A stretch of 64,000 nt of DNA, from the IMG/VR virus record IMGVR_UViG_3300033076_001145, positions 96,001 through 160,000 of that record; one strand, given 5' to 3'. The DNA is from a virus. Lineage: Duplodnaviria; Caudoviricetes. The position numbers and the translations under genes were made by a program. Positions 31,823 to 43,782 of the stretch are shown one piece after another (within the stretch, counting starts at the first letter, position 1; the number at the start of each line of letters is the position of its first letter). The notes below the pieces were generated by a model. That model was not told the DNA's origin and made no database searches. It saw only the letters and a list, made by a program, of their open reading frames with translations.

Positions 31823-32220
31823 TGACAAAGAAAAAGTATCCTGATAATGTTGTATGGAGTGAGGAGAAGGGTTATTACGCCCATCTTCTCCCATATGCAA
31901 CAAATGTCGGAGCACCAGTAATCATCCCTGAGAATGTATCAACTTGGAAGAATGAGAAGATACTCAAAACCAATCATTACTTTCAAAAAAGATATGATGA
32001 AATAAAGGAAGAATATAAAAAGTTGGTGGATGAATTTGAGTGGAATAGAATGGTTTATTCTGCTAACTATAACTTTCAACCCGTAGTTGGTGAAAGATAT
32101 TACTTGTATCGTAGAAATAATGGAGAATATTTCTTATCATTAATAAAACCGACTGAGTGGAAACAAGAGTTTATAGGTGAGTTTGAGTTGGACTCTGATA
32201 ATAAGTGGAAGAAATGTTAG
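31822..32220 (+). CDS. DUF2452-like protein
   Basis: LPY.TNVGAP.I, YNFQPVVG..YYLY, FLSLI.P.EW. Confidence 0.6.
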   Translation: MTKKKYPDNVVWSEEKGYYAHLLPYATNVGAPVIIPENVSTWKNEKILKTNHYFQKRYDEIKEEYKKLVDEFEWNRMVYSANYNFQPVVGERYYLYRRNNGEYFLSLIKPTEWKQEFIGEFELDSDNKWKKC

Positions 32221-32985
32221 AGTTTAGAAAACCAATACCGGTAATTGTTGAAAACAATAAAGAAGGTTATGCAATTTATGTAAATAATTCTGGTACCTTT
32301 GAAAACGATGTTTGGTGTGTTGTATTATGTGATGGAGGTATTGTTAGACACTACCGTTCAGACCAAATAAGAATATACCATAACGCAACATTTGATATTG
32401 ATAAAAATAAATAATATGGAAGATAATAATTGGGAAGTTAAATGGGTAACAAGTGAGCTTGTTAAAAGTTTAGAGTACTGGAAAAAACAAAAAAATCAAA
32501 GTATGGAACTATATAAAGTATCCATTGCCGATAAAACAATTTCTATGGATGAAAGAATGACAATTGTTCCTATAGAAGTTAATGGGAAAAAACTACGAGT
32601 AATTGTATCTGAGGTGGATTAATCCACCTCATCATACATTTCTTCTATCATCACTTTAGACTTTCTATATTTGGTCTGAACTTTCTTTGGTTTTTCTGTA
32701 GATACCAATTCTTCATTTTTGGTAAATGAAAACCATAGTTTATATATGATAAGTTCAATACCAAAATTATAGGTAATACTTTTGGATTGTTTTCCTTTCT
32801 TGTTAGTCTTTAGGCTTCCACCTAAATGTTTAGATGTATATAAACCACAGTGTCTATATTGATGAGATGGTGATTCATCACCCATAACATTTCTAAAATA
32901 AAGTCCAAACTGTATACTTTCCCCTTTGTGTTCAAATATTTTCATGTAATGAAAATAATATAATTAGTTAATTTGTAAAGTGGTA

Positions 32986-33426
32986 TTATTTTGCAATTAA
33001 ATAAATTAACACACAGTTAGCAATCACAGAACCAATTCCAATTCCTCTCCACTTTTTCTTCCTATCAGTTTGTATTTCTAACTTTTCTTTTGTCTTAGCG
33101 TGTTCAATAAGTTCTTTATTATACTTCTCTTTCAATCTGTTTGCTTCAGATTCCATATCAGTAAATAACTTATTCATATCAGCATTAGCCTTCTGTTCGG
33201 CCTTTAACTGATTATCACAATTATCTTTATAGATATAAAGTTGTTCAATCTCTTTCTTTTGAGCTTTTTCAGTTTTGATAATAGTCAATAATAACAACTC
33301 TTGTTGTTTGTTGAAGAACACTCCTGTGTCACCTTCATATACTATTCTATGGGGCTTCAAAACTTGACCAAACGCTGTCGCGTTGAGCAAGATTAAGCTT
33401 ACCAAGATTACTAATTTCTTTAGCAT
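32986..33426 (-). CDS. Signal peptide, coiled-coil and C-terminal TM protein (possible spanin-like)
   Basis: N-terminal signal, heptads, hydrophobic C-terminus; overlaps 33347 ORF. Confidence 0.45.
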   Translation of the reverse strand: MLKKLVILVSLILLNATAFGQVLKPHRIVYEGDTGVFFNKQQELLLLTIIKTEKAQKKEIEQLYIYKDNCDNQLKAEQKANADMNKLFTDMESEANRLKEKYNKELIEHAKTKEKLEIQTDRKKKWRGIGIGSVIANCVLIYLIAK

Positions 33427-33673
33427 TTTCTTCTTTGATGTATTTGATTTTGGTGATTACCTCACCCTGTTTATTATCGTAAGCAATTCTAAGTTCTCCC
33501 ATTTGTTTGTTGAGACTATCAACTTGTGAGCGGAGTGCGTTGATTTTGGCACCGTCTTCAATGGTTACAGTAATGGGTTCCCTATTTAAAAGAACTCCAA
33601 CATAAATACCCATAACGATAACGACTAAACCTAATAGAATTTGTGACCAGTATTTTTTTAAGACATCATTCAT
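33347..33673 (-). CDS. N-terminal TM plus coiled-coil protein (possible spanin-like)
   Basis: Single TM followed by coiled coil. Confidence 0.45.
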   Translation of the reverse strand: MNDVLKKYWSQILLGLVVIVMGIYVGVLLNREPITVTIEDGAKINALRSQVDSLNKQMGELRIAYDNKQGEVITKIKYIKEENAKEISNLGKLNLAQRDSVWSSFEAP

Positions 33674-34095
33674 GTCTATAAATACTCTCTTACTTACTTA
33701 TTGAAACATAAGTATTTTTATACCATCCAAATACTTCATCCTTAAAATCATTCTCAGGTTTAAAGTCATTCATATTAATTGTTACATCCTCAAAATAAGA
33801 CTCATTTGGAAATCTCATTTTGACTTTGGTCATCTCAGTGGTATTAAAGTTTTTTTCCATAATTAAAAATGTAAAATAAAAAACCCAGTCTTTCAACTGG
33901 GTTTCTTTTTTTTATAAACTACTTAATCGTTTAACTTCTTCTTTAAGTTGATTCAAATAAGTATCATTACTGTCCTGTTGTCGTTCTATTAAAATTTGTA
34001 ACCTTTCTATCAACACCTCAATCTCTTCTTTGTTATTGAGGGTTTTGATTTTATTCAGTAAATTCTGAATATCATCATTACTATGTTCCATTTTA

Positions 34096-34630
34096 TTAAA
34101 CTTGTTCTTCGTTAGAACCTTCTGTGTAATCTGTTGGGTATGTTTCATCCATAGGTTCTTCATACACCTCAGCAGTGGGTTCTTCGTAAATAACAGGGGT
34201 TTCTTCAACGACAGGTTCAGTAACAACTTCTTCTTTTCTAATAATAACTATTGGTTCTTGTGGTGGTCTTGGAGTTGTTGGGTATTCTGATATGTTTGAT
34301 AAACTATTACCGTCTTCCTCATCAACTTTCTGAATTAACATCTTATCTCTATCTTCAGAGTTAAACCAATAATCAACAACTTTGTTTAGGTTACCAACGA
34401 AGGCACCAAACAAAATCAATAACATTTCTTTCCAGTTCTCAGCAATTTCAACTTGGAACATAACTGCCATGTTGATACCAAAGATGATAAAGAAAAACAA
34501 GAATAATATAATTCCTGTAATCTTCCATCTATTACCTTGCATTTGTTGTAACATGAAATAGAAACGATTTTTATCCTCAACCTTTACATAGGGAGTCTCC
34601 TGAAATAACATTTTTTTTAATCTACTCATT
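34096..34630 (-). CDS. Two-TM membrane protein with acidic/Pro-rich tail
   Basis: Two hydrophobic helices; last gene of the signalling cluster; start inferred at MSRLKK. Confidence 0.6.
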
Positions 34631-34633
34631 TTT

Positions 34634-35317
34634 TTATTTTTCTTCTTTATTAGGTGAGGTTCCATATTTCACACCGAGTATTGTCCCTACAATACTGAAA
34701 CTGTTTGTTAGTAAAATACCAAACATATTACTCCAAGTCGAACCAATGATATCAGTATCGACATTCAGAGCCATTGAATAAACATAAATTCCAGTAGTTA
34801 TAAATCCAACTCCGATGATTACATATAGAGCAACCCTCACTATATTGTTTATCAACTCAAACTGAGTTCTCTTTTGCATCATATCGAGATTGTTTTCAGC
34901 CTGGTCTTTTGCATTTTCAGCAATAAGTCTTGCTTGTTCCGATTGTTTCATCGCTTCAACAAGTTCGGCACCAATCTTTTCATTCTCCTGTTTCCATGCT
35001 AAAAGTTCAGAGTTTTGACTTTCAATTTGACTTTTTTGTTCCTCCATACTAGTTAAAGTATTTTGGAGTTCATCCATCATTCTTTGGTTTTCACCATTAA
35101 GTTTTGTGAGTTCAGCGTTTTGAGTCTGAACTTGTTTTGTCATTTCCAGTCTCTTTCTTCTTGCCGCAACATCTTTATCTGAACATTGTTTCAAATACGC
35201 AGCAAACTCCTCATCTCCATCAGGGTTGATGAGTTTGACTATATTACCTTCCAATCCAATGTTCTTTGTTTTTAGAAGTTCTATTAGTTCTTTCTTCGTA
35301 TTTTTATCAATAATCAT
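34634..35317 (-). CDS. Coiled-coil plus two-TM protein in the signalling cluster
   Basis: Long heptad region followed by two TMs. Confidence 0.65.
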   Translation of the reverse strand: MIIDKNTKKELIELLKTKNIGLEGNIVKLINPDGDEEFAAYLKQCSDKDVAARRKRLEMTKQVQTQNAELTKLNGENQRMMDELQNTLTSMEEQKSQIESQNSELLAWKQENEKIGAELVEAMKQSEQARLIAENAKDQAENNLDMMQKRTQFELINNIVRVALYVIIGVGFITTGIYVYSMALNVDTDIIGSTWSNMFGILLTNSFSIVGTILGVKYGTSPNKEEK

Positions 35318-35748
35318 TACTTATATACTTTGAACGATGCCGTTCTGTTTTTGTATCCGTCGTAGTCCTTCTTAAACTCCTCAAGTCTTGGTTCAATTTC
35401 ATCTGATTTAATTATCCAAAACTGAGCACCTGCCTGAACTGCCTTTGCCTGTTCCTCAGGTTCATTACTTGAAGATATGATTCCAATTACAACATGGTTT
35501 CCATACTCAAAGTTAATCTTTCTAATAAGTTCAATACCATCAAAGGATGAACCAATAATGTTTAAATCCACAAACACACACTCTGGTCTTCCATCAGGAT
35601 TTTTATGCCAATCCGCAAACATTTTAGCCGCCTCATCAGCCGAATTTAGTGATTTTAAAGATAATGTTATGTCCAATAAAGAACAAGAATCTTCAAAAAC
35701 TAAATGAAAAAGGTCTTCATCGTCAACCAACAAAATTGAATCAATCAT
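35317..35748 (-). CDS. Single-domain response regulator (receiver)
   Basis: ILLVDDE, VFVDLN (phospho-Asp), DGIELI, ISSS, GAQ.WI.K. Confidence 0.88.
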   Translation of the reverse strand: MIDSILLVDDEDLFHLVFEDSCSLLDITLSLKSLNSADEAAKMFADWHKNPDGRPECVFVDLNIIGSSFDGIELIRKINFEYGNHVVIGIISSSNEPEEQAKAVQAGAQFWIIKSDEIEPRLEEFKKDYDGYKNRTASFKVYK

Positions 35749-35759
35749 TTTTTTCTTTT

Positions 35760-37088
35760 TTATTTTATTTTAATTTTCATTTTGGTCCCGTTATCGGTTT
35801 TTTCACATGATAGTTTAAATCCGTGTTCCTCTAAAATTGCAACACATATATTTAAACCAAGACCCTTTTCATCACCCGTAACATCAGCTCTTTTAGCATA
35901 TTTTTTCAGGTGTTTATCAAAGTCTTTTTGTGAAAACCCAACTCCGTTGTCCTCTACTATTAAATAGTCATTTTCGTTATAAATCTTTACTTTTTTCTCA
36001 GAATTATTATTATAAGACAACCCGTTCTTAATTAAATTCTCAACCGCATTACAAAACAAAATCTCATTAACCTCCATCTGACCTAAGTCAGATATTTCAA
36101 CCTGAGAACTGTATGAGTTAGGTGAAATGTATTTCCAAATCAAATCTTTAACATCCACCATAGTTTTATTTAGAACAACATTCTGTTTAACAAGGTTGGT
36201 GAATTCATAAACACTTTTATATACTTTTTGTGTATGGTTAAGACCTTCCTTAATCATCTTTATTGAACCTTCGATTTTTAACTTTTGAATATCTTCAGGT
36301 GTTAATCTTTTCTCTAAGGATGTAATACCTCTTGGCATATAGGTGTTAATACCTGAGTGCATGTCATGTCTGATAATTCTCGCAGCATGTTCCAAGTAAC
36401 TATTCTTTTTGTTAATCTCATTAACTTGTTCCTCAATTTCAACATCCTGAACCTGAATTCTTTTTCTCTGTAATACAACCGCAACAATAAGACCAAGTAA
36501 TGCAATACCACTTAATGCAATATAAAGATACTTTTTAAGTTTATCTTGTTCTATCTTTAACACATCGTTTTCACCCAGTAAGTTTCCATTCTCATCTTTC
36601 AACTCACCCTCAGTTAAAGTTAAATTAATAATACTCTTCTCCTTTTCTAATACGGTTAATGTCCCTTGCTTTGATTTGATGATTTCTTGTTTTGCCCTTT
36701 GAGCAATTAATCGTTCAATCTCTTGTTTCAACTGAACAATCTTATTATCAATTTGGACCAAGACATTCTTTAAATCTTCTTTAGGTAATTCCTTGTATGA
36801 TTGGGGTAAGTCAGTCATGAATTTAACATCCTCCTCAAGTTGTTTAACATCTTCAGGTGATAGTTCTTCTTTTGGTTGTTCAAACACCTTTTCAGGTGGT
36901 GCCCAATTTGGTATTATTCTATCAATTACATCTGTAATTATGTTTGACTTTAAAAGACTATCTGTCTGTATTGTCTCTAAATTTTTTTCAGGATTAACCC
37001 AATTAGGTTTAATTGAGAAGTCTGTGGTATCTTGTGAATACATTTGGAAACTCAACAAAAGTATCGGTATAATCAAAACTTTTCTCAT
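35760..37088 (-). CDS. Membrane sensor histidine kinase
   Basis: Signal peptide, TM, H-box RHDMH, NLIKNG, DNGVG, GLGL. Confidence 0.88.
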   Translation of the reverse strand: MRKVLIIPILLLSFQMYSQDTTDFSIKPNWVNPEKNLETIQTDSLLKSNIITDVIDRIIPNWAPPEKVFEQPKEELSPEDVKQLEEDVKFMTDLPQSYKELPKEDLKNVLVQIDNKIVQLKQEIERLIAQRAKQEIIKSKQGTLTVLEKEKSIINLTLTEGELKDENGNLLGENDVLKIEQDKLKKYLYIALSGIALLGLIVAVVLQRKRIQVQDVEIEEQVNEINKKNSYLEHAARIIRHDMHSGINTYMPRGITSLEKRLTPEDIQKLKIEGSIKMIKEGLNHTQKVYKSVYEFTNLVKQNVVLNKTMVDVKDLIWKYISPNSYSSQVEISDLGQMEVNEILFCNAVENLIKNGLSYNNNSEKKVKIYNENDYLIVEDNGVGFSQKDFDKHLKKYAKRADVTGDEKGLGLNICVAILEEHGFKLSCEKTDNGTKMKIKIK

Positions 37089-37696
37089 TCTTTGTCCTCC
37101 TCTTTTTTCTCAATACTCACTCGACTCTTCCATTCTTTTTTATCTTTCATTTTAGAATCATTAAGTCTTTTAACTTTCATTTCATTTCTAAATTGCCAAA
37201 ACGCCTCTTCACTTAAACCATACTTAGATATAAATGCTTGGTATTTTCTATATTCTTTATCAGTCATTCTTACCATAGTGATACCAAAATCATTTGTGGT
37301 CATATAATAGTGTGATAAATCCATCACATATACTGTGCTATCATCAGGATATAATGTATAAAGAATTGACGGTCCTAAAGCCCATGTCCATATACTGTCA
37401 TATATATCCTCATTACATACCCATTTCTGTAAAAGAAGATTTGACAAACTATCAATATATGCATTTTGTTCAGCAAGAACTAATGTCATCTTATTAATTT
37501 GTTCCTCATATTCCTTAGTCTTTTTATTACTTTCTTTTATTGATTTTGATGTCCTATCTAACATCTCATTAATCTTTTCAGATTGCTCAATTGTAAGAAT
37601 AATTACTGAGTCCCCTTTGAATATTGTTTTAATTGGGTATTGACCATACCCAAAAAAAGACATCACTATAAAACAGATTAGTAGTAATTTTTTCAT
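37085..37696 (-). CDS. Secreted coiled-coil protein between the two kinases
   Basis: Sec signal (FGYG/Q), translationally coupled to both neighbours. Confidence 0.65.
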   Translation of the reverse strand: MKKLLLICFIVMSFFGYGQYPIKTIFKGDSVIILTIEQSEKINEMLDRTSKSIKESNKKTKEYEEQINKMTLVLAEQNAYIDSLSNLLLQKWVCNEDIYDSIWTWALGPSILYTLYPDDSTVYVMDLSHYYMTTNDFGITMVRMTDKEYRKYQAFISKYGLSEEAFWQFRNEMKVKRLNDSKMKDKKEWKSRVSIEKKEEDKE

Positions 37697-38913
37697 TTGT
37701 ATTTAATTTTCATTTTAGTTCCAATTTCATTTTTCTCACAGGTGATTTTGAATCCGTGTTCTTCTAATATTGCCACACAAATATTTAATCCTAATCCAGA
37801 ACCACTTTCTTTTTGCCCTTCTTTTCTAACATATGGTTTAGACAGATGGTCAAAATCTTCCTGAGTTATACCTCTACCGTTATCCTGTATGAAGATTGTG
37901 TCACCTTCTGAATATATCTTTACGAACTTTGTCGCCGAGTCATTATACTTTAAACCATTTCTAATTAGATTATCCACTGCGGTGCAGAATAATGGTTCAT
38001 TAACTTCAATTGTTGGGAGGTTATCTTCTAATACGACCTGGCTAACATATGCGGTAGATGATAAGTAATCCGAAAGGATTCCCTTAATACTACATTCTTC
38101 TTTATTTAAAACCACATCTTTCTTAACTAAATTAGTGAATTCATAAACACCTCTATAAACTTTCTGAGAATGTTTAAGACCTTCCTTAATCATTTTGAGT
38201 GGGGCTTCAATTTTAAGATTGACAATATCATCGTGAGTTAATCTTCTCTCTAATGAGTTAACTCCTCTTGGCATATAGGTATTAATACCTGAATGCATGT
38301 CGTGTCTTAATATCTTGGCAGCATGTTCCAAGTATGTATTCTTTCTTTCAAGTTCATTAGACTTTTCAATAATTTCAGTAATGTCTTGTCTAATTGATGA
38401 AAATCCTTCTAATTTACCATTAGCGTCAAATCTTGCCCTGATATAAGTATCAACATAATATAAACTACCGTCTTTAGCCTTATTACATACTACATCATTC
38501 CACACCTCACCTTTCAATACCGTAGAATACATTTTACCCCAATATCCATCGGGTTGTGTTCCAGAATTAACTATTGAGTGGTCTTTACCAATTACTTCTT
38601 CAAGTTTCCATCCTGAAACTTTTTCAAACTTTTCATTAACATATGTTATTCTACCTTTAGCATCGGTAATAGAAACAATCGCCGCTTTATCTATAAATTT
38701 ATCAGTTTCATCTAATTTTTTATCCTGAATTTTAGATTTTTCTTGTATTATTTTTGAAAGTATTGGGATGAGTAATAAAAGACAAACATACTCAGTTCCT
38801 CTGGTGATTTTTGTTGATTGAATAAATTCTAACAAAACTGATGTCTTAACAACAAAAAAGACAATCATTATGTTAATCGCAAAAAGTAAATAGATTTTTG
38901 TATTTTTTGTCAT
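37693..38913 (-). CDS. PAS/PAC sensor histidine kinase
   Basis: Two TMs, PAS (ITD.KG.ITYVN.KF..VSG..LEEVIGK), RHDMH, NLIRNG, DNGRG, GSGLGL. Confidence 0.9.
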   Translation of the reverse strand: MTKNTKIYLLFAINIMIVFFVVKTSVLLEFIQSTKITRGTEYVCLLLLIPILSKIIQEKSKIQDKKLDETDKFIDKAAIVSITDAKGRITYVNEKFEKVSGWKLEEVIGKDHSIVNSGTQPDGYWGKMYSTVLKGEVWNDVVCNKAKDGSLYYVDTYIRARFDANGKLEGFSSIRQDITEIIEKSNELERKNTYLEHAAKILRHDMHSGINTYMPRGVNSLERRLTHDDIVNLKIEAPLKMIKEGLKHSQKVYRGVYEFTNLVKKDVVLNKEECSIKGILSDYLSSTAYVSQVVLEDNLPTIEVNEPLFCTAVDNLIRNGLKYNDSATKFVKIYSEGDTIFIQDNGRGITQEDFDHLSKPYVRKEGQKESGSGLGLNICVAILEEHGFKITCEKNEIGTKMKIKYK

Positions 38914-39699
38914 ATTTCATAAATACCTGAAATAAACAAAAAACCCCCTTAACTTAGGGGGTTTAAAGACTATCAATCTTCAATTTTGGTAAGGACTTCT
39001 TGTAATGCGTCCACCATTCCTTGGAAGTATTGTTCTTCTTGTGTCCTTTCTTTGAGTTTTGAGTATATTCCAATTTGTTTTTCAACATACTCTTTCAATT
39101 CTTTCATGTTCATTTTTTTAACATTTGTTTATTCACAAAATACCCGATTAACATTCCAACCCAAATTCCTGTGAGAACACATCCTAAAGCCAAACTCATT
39201 CTTGCTCAATGATAATTGTTCCACTTACCTCAACCAACTTACCAGTTTCACGATTTGTGAAGTAGTAACCATCACTGTGTTCCTCACTGATAACTTTACC
39301 TGTTGAGTGGTAAGTAATTACGGTGTCAGGACCTAATACCTTTACGGTAAAGGTGTCTCCATATCCACCCATTTTACTCATTGTTGCGTCGGTGCATGAT
39401 ACCATACAAGCCATAAGTGTTAACGCTCCCATTAACATAAAGGCATACATTGTTGATTTTTTCATATTATTCTTCTTCAGGTTTATCGTTGTTTTTTGTC
39501 TTTTTATCTTCTTCCAACCAATTGTAAAAGTCTTCGGCGTTGTCATAAATTCCACCCTGAAATTTAATCTTTCGGGCTTCAATTGCCATAAGTAAGGCAA
39601 ACTGTCTGTTAGTTAATCCGTTCATAGTATATCTAATTTTAAGACAAATATATATTAAAAAAAATAAAAAATCCATATTTTTTATGAATAATACCATAA

Positions 39700-40530
39700 A
39701 TGTTGATATTTATAGTTATGGAGCAAAAATTAATATTTAATAAAGAATTTGTATATATGTTAGGTTTAATATGGGCTGACGGATATATTTCTAAAAAAAC
39801 AAACGCAATAACATTAGAAACTAACTTAATTGATAGTCAGGAATTTTTACCTGTGCTGAATGAGAATTATAAATTTAATTTTTATACTAGGGAGCGTAAA
39901 AATAGAAAACCTCAGGGTATTATTAATATTTCATCAAAAGAATTATCATCTATTATGAAATCAGCAGATTACCTCTCAAAATCTTACATGTCTCCCACGA
40001 AAATACTAAGCCAAATACCAACAGAATTAATCAATTTTTTCTATTTAGGGTATAGTGATGGCGATGGTTGTTTTTATAATAATAACAATTATAATACAAT
40101 ACAACACATATCAACAAGTACATATGAACAAGATTGGTCTTTTATGTCTAATATCTGTGATTCAATAGGTGTGAAATATATTATTAAGAAAACTATTAAT
40201 AAAAAAAATAATAATCAATATTCGCAATTTATAATATACCGACACGAATGTGTTATTAAATATGGTGACTTCTTATACAAAAACTCTCCGTTCGGATTGA
40301 AACGAAAAAAGGACAAGTTCTATAATATAAAAAATACTATAAATTCTCGTCCTAAATTCATTATTCAATGCTTTAAAGATTCAAAACTAATTAAAGAATT
40401 TGATTCTTTAAAGTCAGCGTCTTTATGGGTTAATAAATCCCGTAATGTATCAAGTGATATTAATGATTGTATTGTTGGGAGACAAAAAACTTCATTAGGG
40501 TTTGTATGGAAAAAAATACAAATTAACTAA
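39700..40530 (+). CDS. Free-standing double-motif LAGLIDADG endonuclease with C-terminal NUMOD1-like domain
   Basis: YMLGLIWADG and FYLGYSDGDG; EFDSLKSAS...GFVWK; opposite strand to neighbours; true start probably 39718. Confidence 0.85.
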   Translation: MLIFIVMEQKLIFNKEFVYMLGLIWADGYISKKTNAITLETNLIDSQEFLPVLNENYKFNFYTRERKNRKPQGIINISSKELSSIMKSADYLSKSYMSPTKILSQIPTELINFFYLGYSDGDGCFYNNNNYNTIQHISTSTYEQDWSFMSNICDSIGVKYIIKKTINKKNNNQYSQFIIYRHECVIKYGDFLYKNSPFGLKRKKDKFYNIKNTINSRPKFIIQCFKDSKLIKEFDSLKSASLWVNKSRNVSSDINDCIVGRQKTSLGFVWKKIQIN

Positions 40531-41209
40531 TATCAACTTCACGAGTTTCCAAATCTATTATAATATCAAAAGGTTTTTGGGTGTATCGGTATCTTTCATC
40601 TAATACTGATGAATTAAAAAAGTGAGTATTCCCTTTTTTAACATAACCTCTACCGGTGTGGATATGACCGCAGTTATGAATTAAAGGATTTAAAGTTTCA
40701 AATCTTTTTGCTAACAATTCACATCCCAAATTCACATCACGACGATTAACAACTGTATCCAAGATGCCCCAAGCCGGTCCGTGAGTTAATAAAATATCAG
40801 TATCATCAGGAATTGCATTCCACTTCTCTTCAAGTTCCTTTCCGTTTCTTGGTAAGTTGAAAGCCCAATTGAAGAACTCAGGTTGCCAAGGACTACCATA
40901 AATCTTTAACCCTTCAAACTCAACAAAGTCATCAATCAAACAACGAACACCTTTATCGTGGAACTCGTTAATCATTTTCCAAGCGTCCCAAGGTTTATTC
41001 TCAATCAATCGGTCATGGTTTCCAGGAATAAACACCTTCATCTTATATGGTAATTCACTGAACCATTGTAAAAACTCATATAAATCTTCAGGGTCGTAAC
41101 CTGAATTCATAATGTCACCACTATGTAAAATCAAGTCACCACCAACTATCCCAACATTCATATGTTTGGTATGTGTGTCTGATAGTAATGTTACTTTAAT
41201 CTTTTTCAT
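40523..41209 (-). CDS. Calcineurin-like metallophosphoesterase
   Basis: SDTH, HSGD, PGNHD, LLTHGP, GHIH; start MKKIKV after TATATTTG. Confidence 0.88.
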   Translation of the reverse strand: MKKIKVTLLSDTHTKHMNVGIVGGDLILHSGDIMNSGYDPEDLYEFLQWFSELPYKMKVFIPGNHDRLIENKPWDAWKMINEFHDKGVRCLIDDFVEFEGLKIYGSPWQPEFFNWAFNLPRNGKELEEKWNAIPDDTDILLTHGPAWGILDTVVNRRDVNLGCELLAKRFETLNPLIHNCGHIHTGRGYVKKGNTHFFNSSVLDERYRYTQKPFDIIIDLETREVDIS

Positions 41210-42411
41210 TTTACAAATATACAAATAATTTTCAATCCCACCAAGCCCGAAGGTCACTTCCGTCATATAATTTATCCCAATCTTCTTCAGAAGCTCTCAT
41301 AGCCTCATAGTCAGGACCTTTAATGATTGCACATATCTCTTCCCAATATTCTTTTTGAATTTCGTGAGAACGATTAAGAAGTTTTGAGTTGTTTTCTTTA
41401 TCTTCAGGAGTCTCGTTTTGTTTTAGGGTATACGCTTTATCATTACCCAAAACTTCTTCAAACTCAAATGGATAATAAACATACTTAAATCCCAATTCTT
41501 TTTCAGCCTCTTCTATGAACTCATCCTTAACACAAACATCAATCAAATAAGATAGTCGTCTCATCTTTGCAACTTTCTTCAAACGACTTTCATCAACCTC
41601 GTGTCCGTATTTTTCAATTCTCCAAGCCATGTCATCAACAGCAGTTTTTACCCAAGGTAAAACTGAACTGTCACCATTATACCAAGTATGGTTCCATAAG
41701 TTTTTACGGAAGAGCCAAAGATTACGAAAAAATCTTGGGATGTCATATCTGAACAAGTCCCAAAGTTTCCAATGCCATCTTTCTCGGTTAATCATTCTTT
41801 TGAAACTTTCAAAAAAAGTGTTTTTAAATTTTATTTCCATAGTTTAAATATATAACAAAATTATTCTTCATCCAAATCTTCTTCGGGATTAAATTGTTCA
41901 AAGTATGTGTTTTCATCCATAGATTCCCATCCTCCTTCACCTTCCATAGATGTAAAAGCAAGTGTAACAATACAACTTCTGAGTCCCTCTAACTCTCGTT
42001 GGATGGTGTCAACTTCCAAATCTATAATATCATCACCATCAATTCTTTTGTTCAATTTATAAACCAAAGAGTTATAGTTTCTCAATAACTGATTTCTCAG
42101 TCCGTTCATACTTACTTGCATATCTTACTTATTAATCTTATAAATTTCATAGTAAATTGTGTCACCAACTTGGTAGTGATGTAATGTTTTGAAAGTGTTG
42201 GTGTCGTCAATTGTTACATCATAATACAGATTCATTTCATCCTGAACACTACGAGAAATGTGTCTTTTAACATTTGTTACCAAATGTTTTTCCCTAGTGA
42301 CGTGTGTTACCTTTGTCCGACTATTTTCTTTTAAGAATAAACCGACAAAAACAAACAAAAACAATATTAACATAAACACAACTATAGGTGTTCCAAAATT
42401 CACATCTTTTT

Positions 42412-43473
42412 TCATAGTTTTTTATATTCAGGTTTTAAATAATTCCATATTACTTTGTCAGTGCTCTTTCCATCCCACATCAAAAAACATAATGATTTTA
42501 TCTTTGGGTTGGTTTCACATTCTTGTAAATGTAAGGCAAATTCTTTCTTGGTTGGCTCAGGGTCTCTGTCTCCATACTTACCATAACGGAAGTATGAATA
42601 TATCTTGTAAGCATAATCCCCATAACGATAGTGATTATATCTTAAATCCGCAACATACATCTTTATCTTTTGGTAAAATTCGTCAGGAACATCTTTCAAT
42701 AATTCCAATACATCCTTACCCTCACTCAACATTTCCCATATCGCAGTGGTAGATACATTGGTCATTATTTTATGAAGACGAAGATACTCCTCACCCTTAA
42801 CTTTCATTCGGTCTCCGTTAGAGAAACGAACAACAAATCCTTCTTCGTCATTACCTATCATACCTTTCAATTCGGTATAATCCCGTATTCCATCATATTT
42901 TTTGACAACTTTGAAACCAAGATTAGATATTAAATTTTTCAATCTAACATCATTTCCTTCACCATGCAAATCAACTTCGTATCCAGTTTTGGTCTCTATC
43001 ATTCCAAGTAATACCAAATCTTCAAATGGATATTTCACCACTATACGATTTTCATTGTATATTATCTCAAACAAGTAAGTGTAACCTTTGTGAAGTTTCT
43101 CGTAGTCATAGTTCTTCAACATTTCAAATCCCTTAACCGCTTGGTCAGAAGTGAAAGACCCACGAGTTGCCATTATCCATTCACCTTCGTAATTGAATAA
43201 TATTCCTAAAGACCCATCCATCTTATCATAGACATCAAAGTCAGGAGTTGCGGTATGTTTCCCTTCTTCCATATTGAAGAATTTACGAAATGGTCGGGCG
43301 GCGACTGACCCATTTGCGTCAGTAACCAACCCGCGAGTTTGTAGGGTTACATCATCAAAAAGTCCTTCATACTGAACGGTCTCGGTGTAGTTCCATATAG
43401 TCAAAGGAAGAGTCGGATGTATTTGTTTATACACCAACCCTTCCTCAAAATATTTGTTTAGTATTTCGTTCAT
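42412..43473 (-). CDS. T4 Rnl1-like RNA ligase
   Basis: RPFRKFFN, KMDGSLG (motif I), TRGSF, FEII, EGFVV, KVK. Confidence 0.88.
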   Translation of the reverse strand: MNEILNKYFEEGLVYKQIHPTLPLTIWNYTETVQYEGLFDDVTLQTRGLVTDANGSVAARPFRKFFNMEEGKHTATPDFDVYDKMDGSLGILFNYEGEWIMATRGSFTSDQAVKGFEMLKNYDYEKLHKGYTYLFEIIYNENRIVVKYPFEDLVLLGMIETKTGYEVDLHGEGNDVRLKNLISNLGFKVVKKYDGIRDYTELKGMIGNDEEGFVVRFSNGDRMKVKGEEYLRLHKIMTNVSTTAIWEMLSEGKDVLELLKDVPDEFYQKIKMYVADLRYNHYRYGDYAYKIYSYFRYGKYGDRDPEPTKKEFALHLQECETNPKIKSLCFLMWDGKSTDKVIWNYLKPEYKKL

Positions 43474-43782
43474 TTAACAAAGATACAAAAAAAGTTTGGA
43501 TAACCAAACTTTTATTTTACATTAATTGACACTGGGAATGATTCGCTTTTACCTTCCATAACATATATCGTATCACCTCCAATACGATATACATATAACC
43601 ATCCCGAGGAGACATTATATTTACCAATCACCACAATTTCTTTGTTAGGGTATGTCGATTCTTGCGGTGAAGCAACATTTTCATACCTATCATCTGCGGT
43701 ACGTTCATTAGAACAGGAGAATAAAAATGTGGCAATGATTACCAATAAGATAATTTTTTTCATTTGACAAAGATATAAAATA

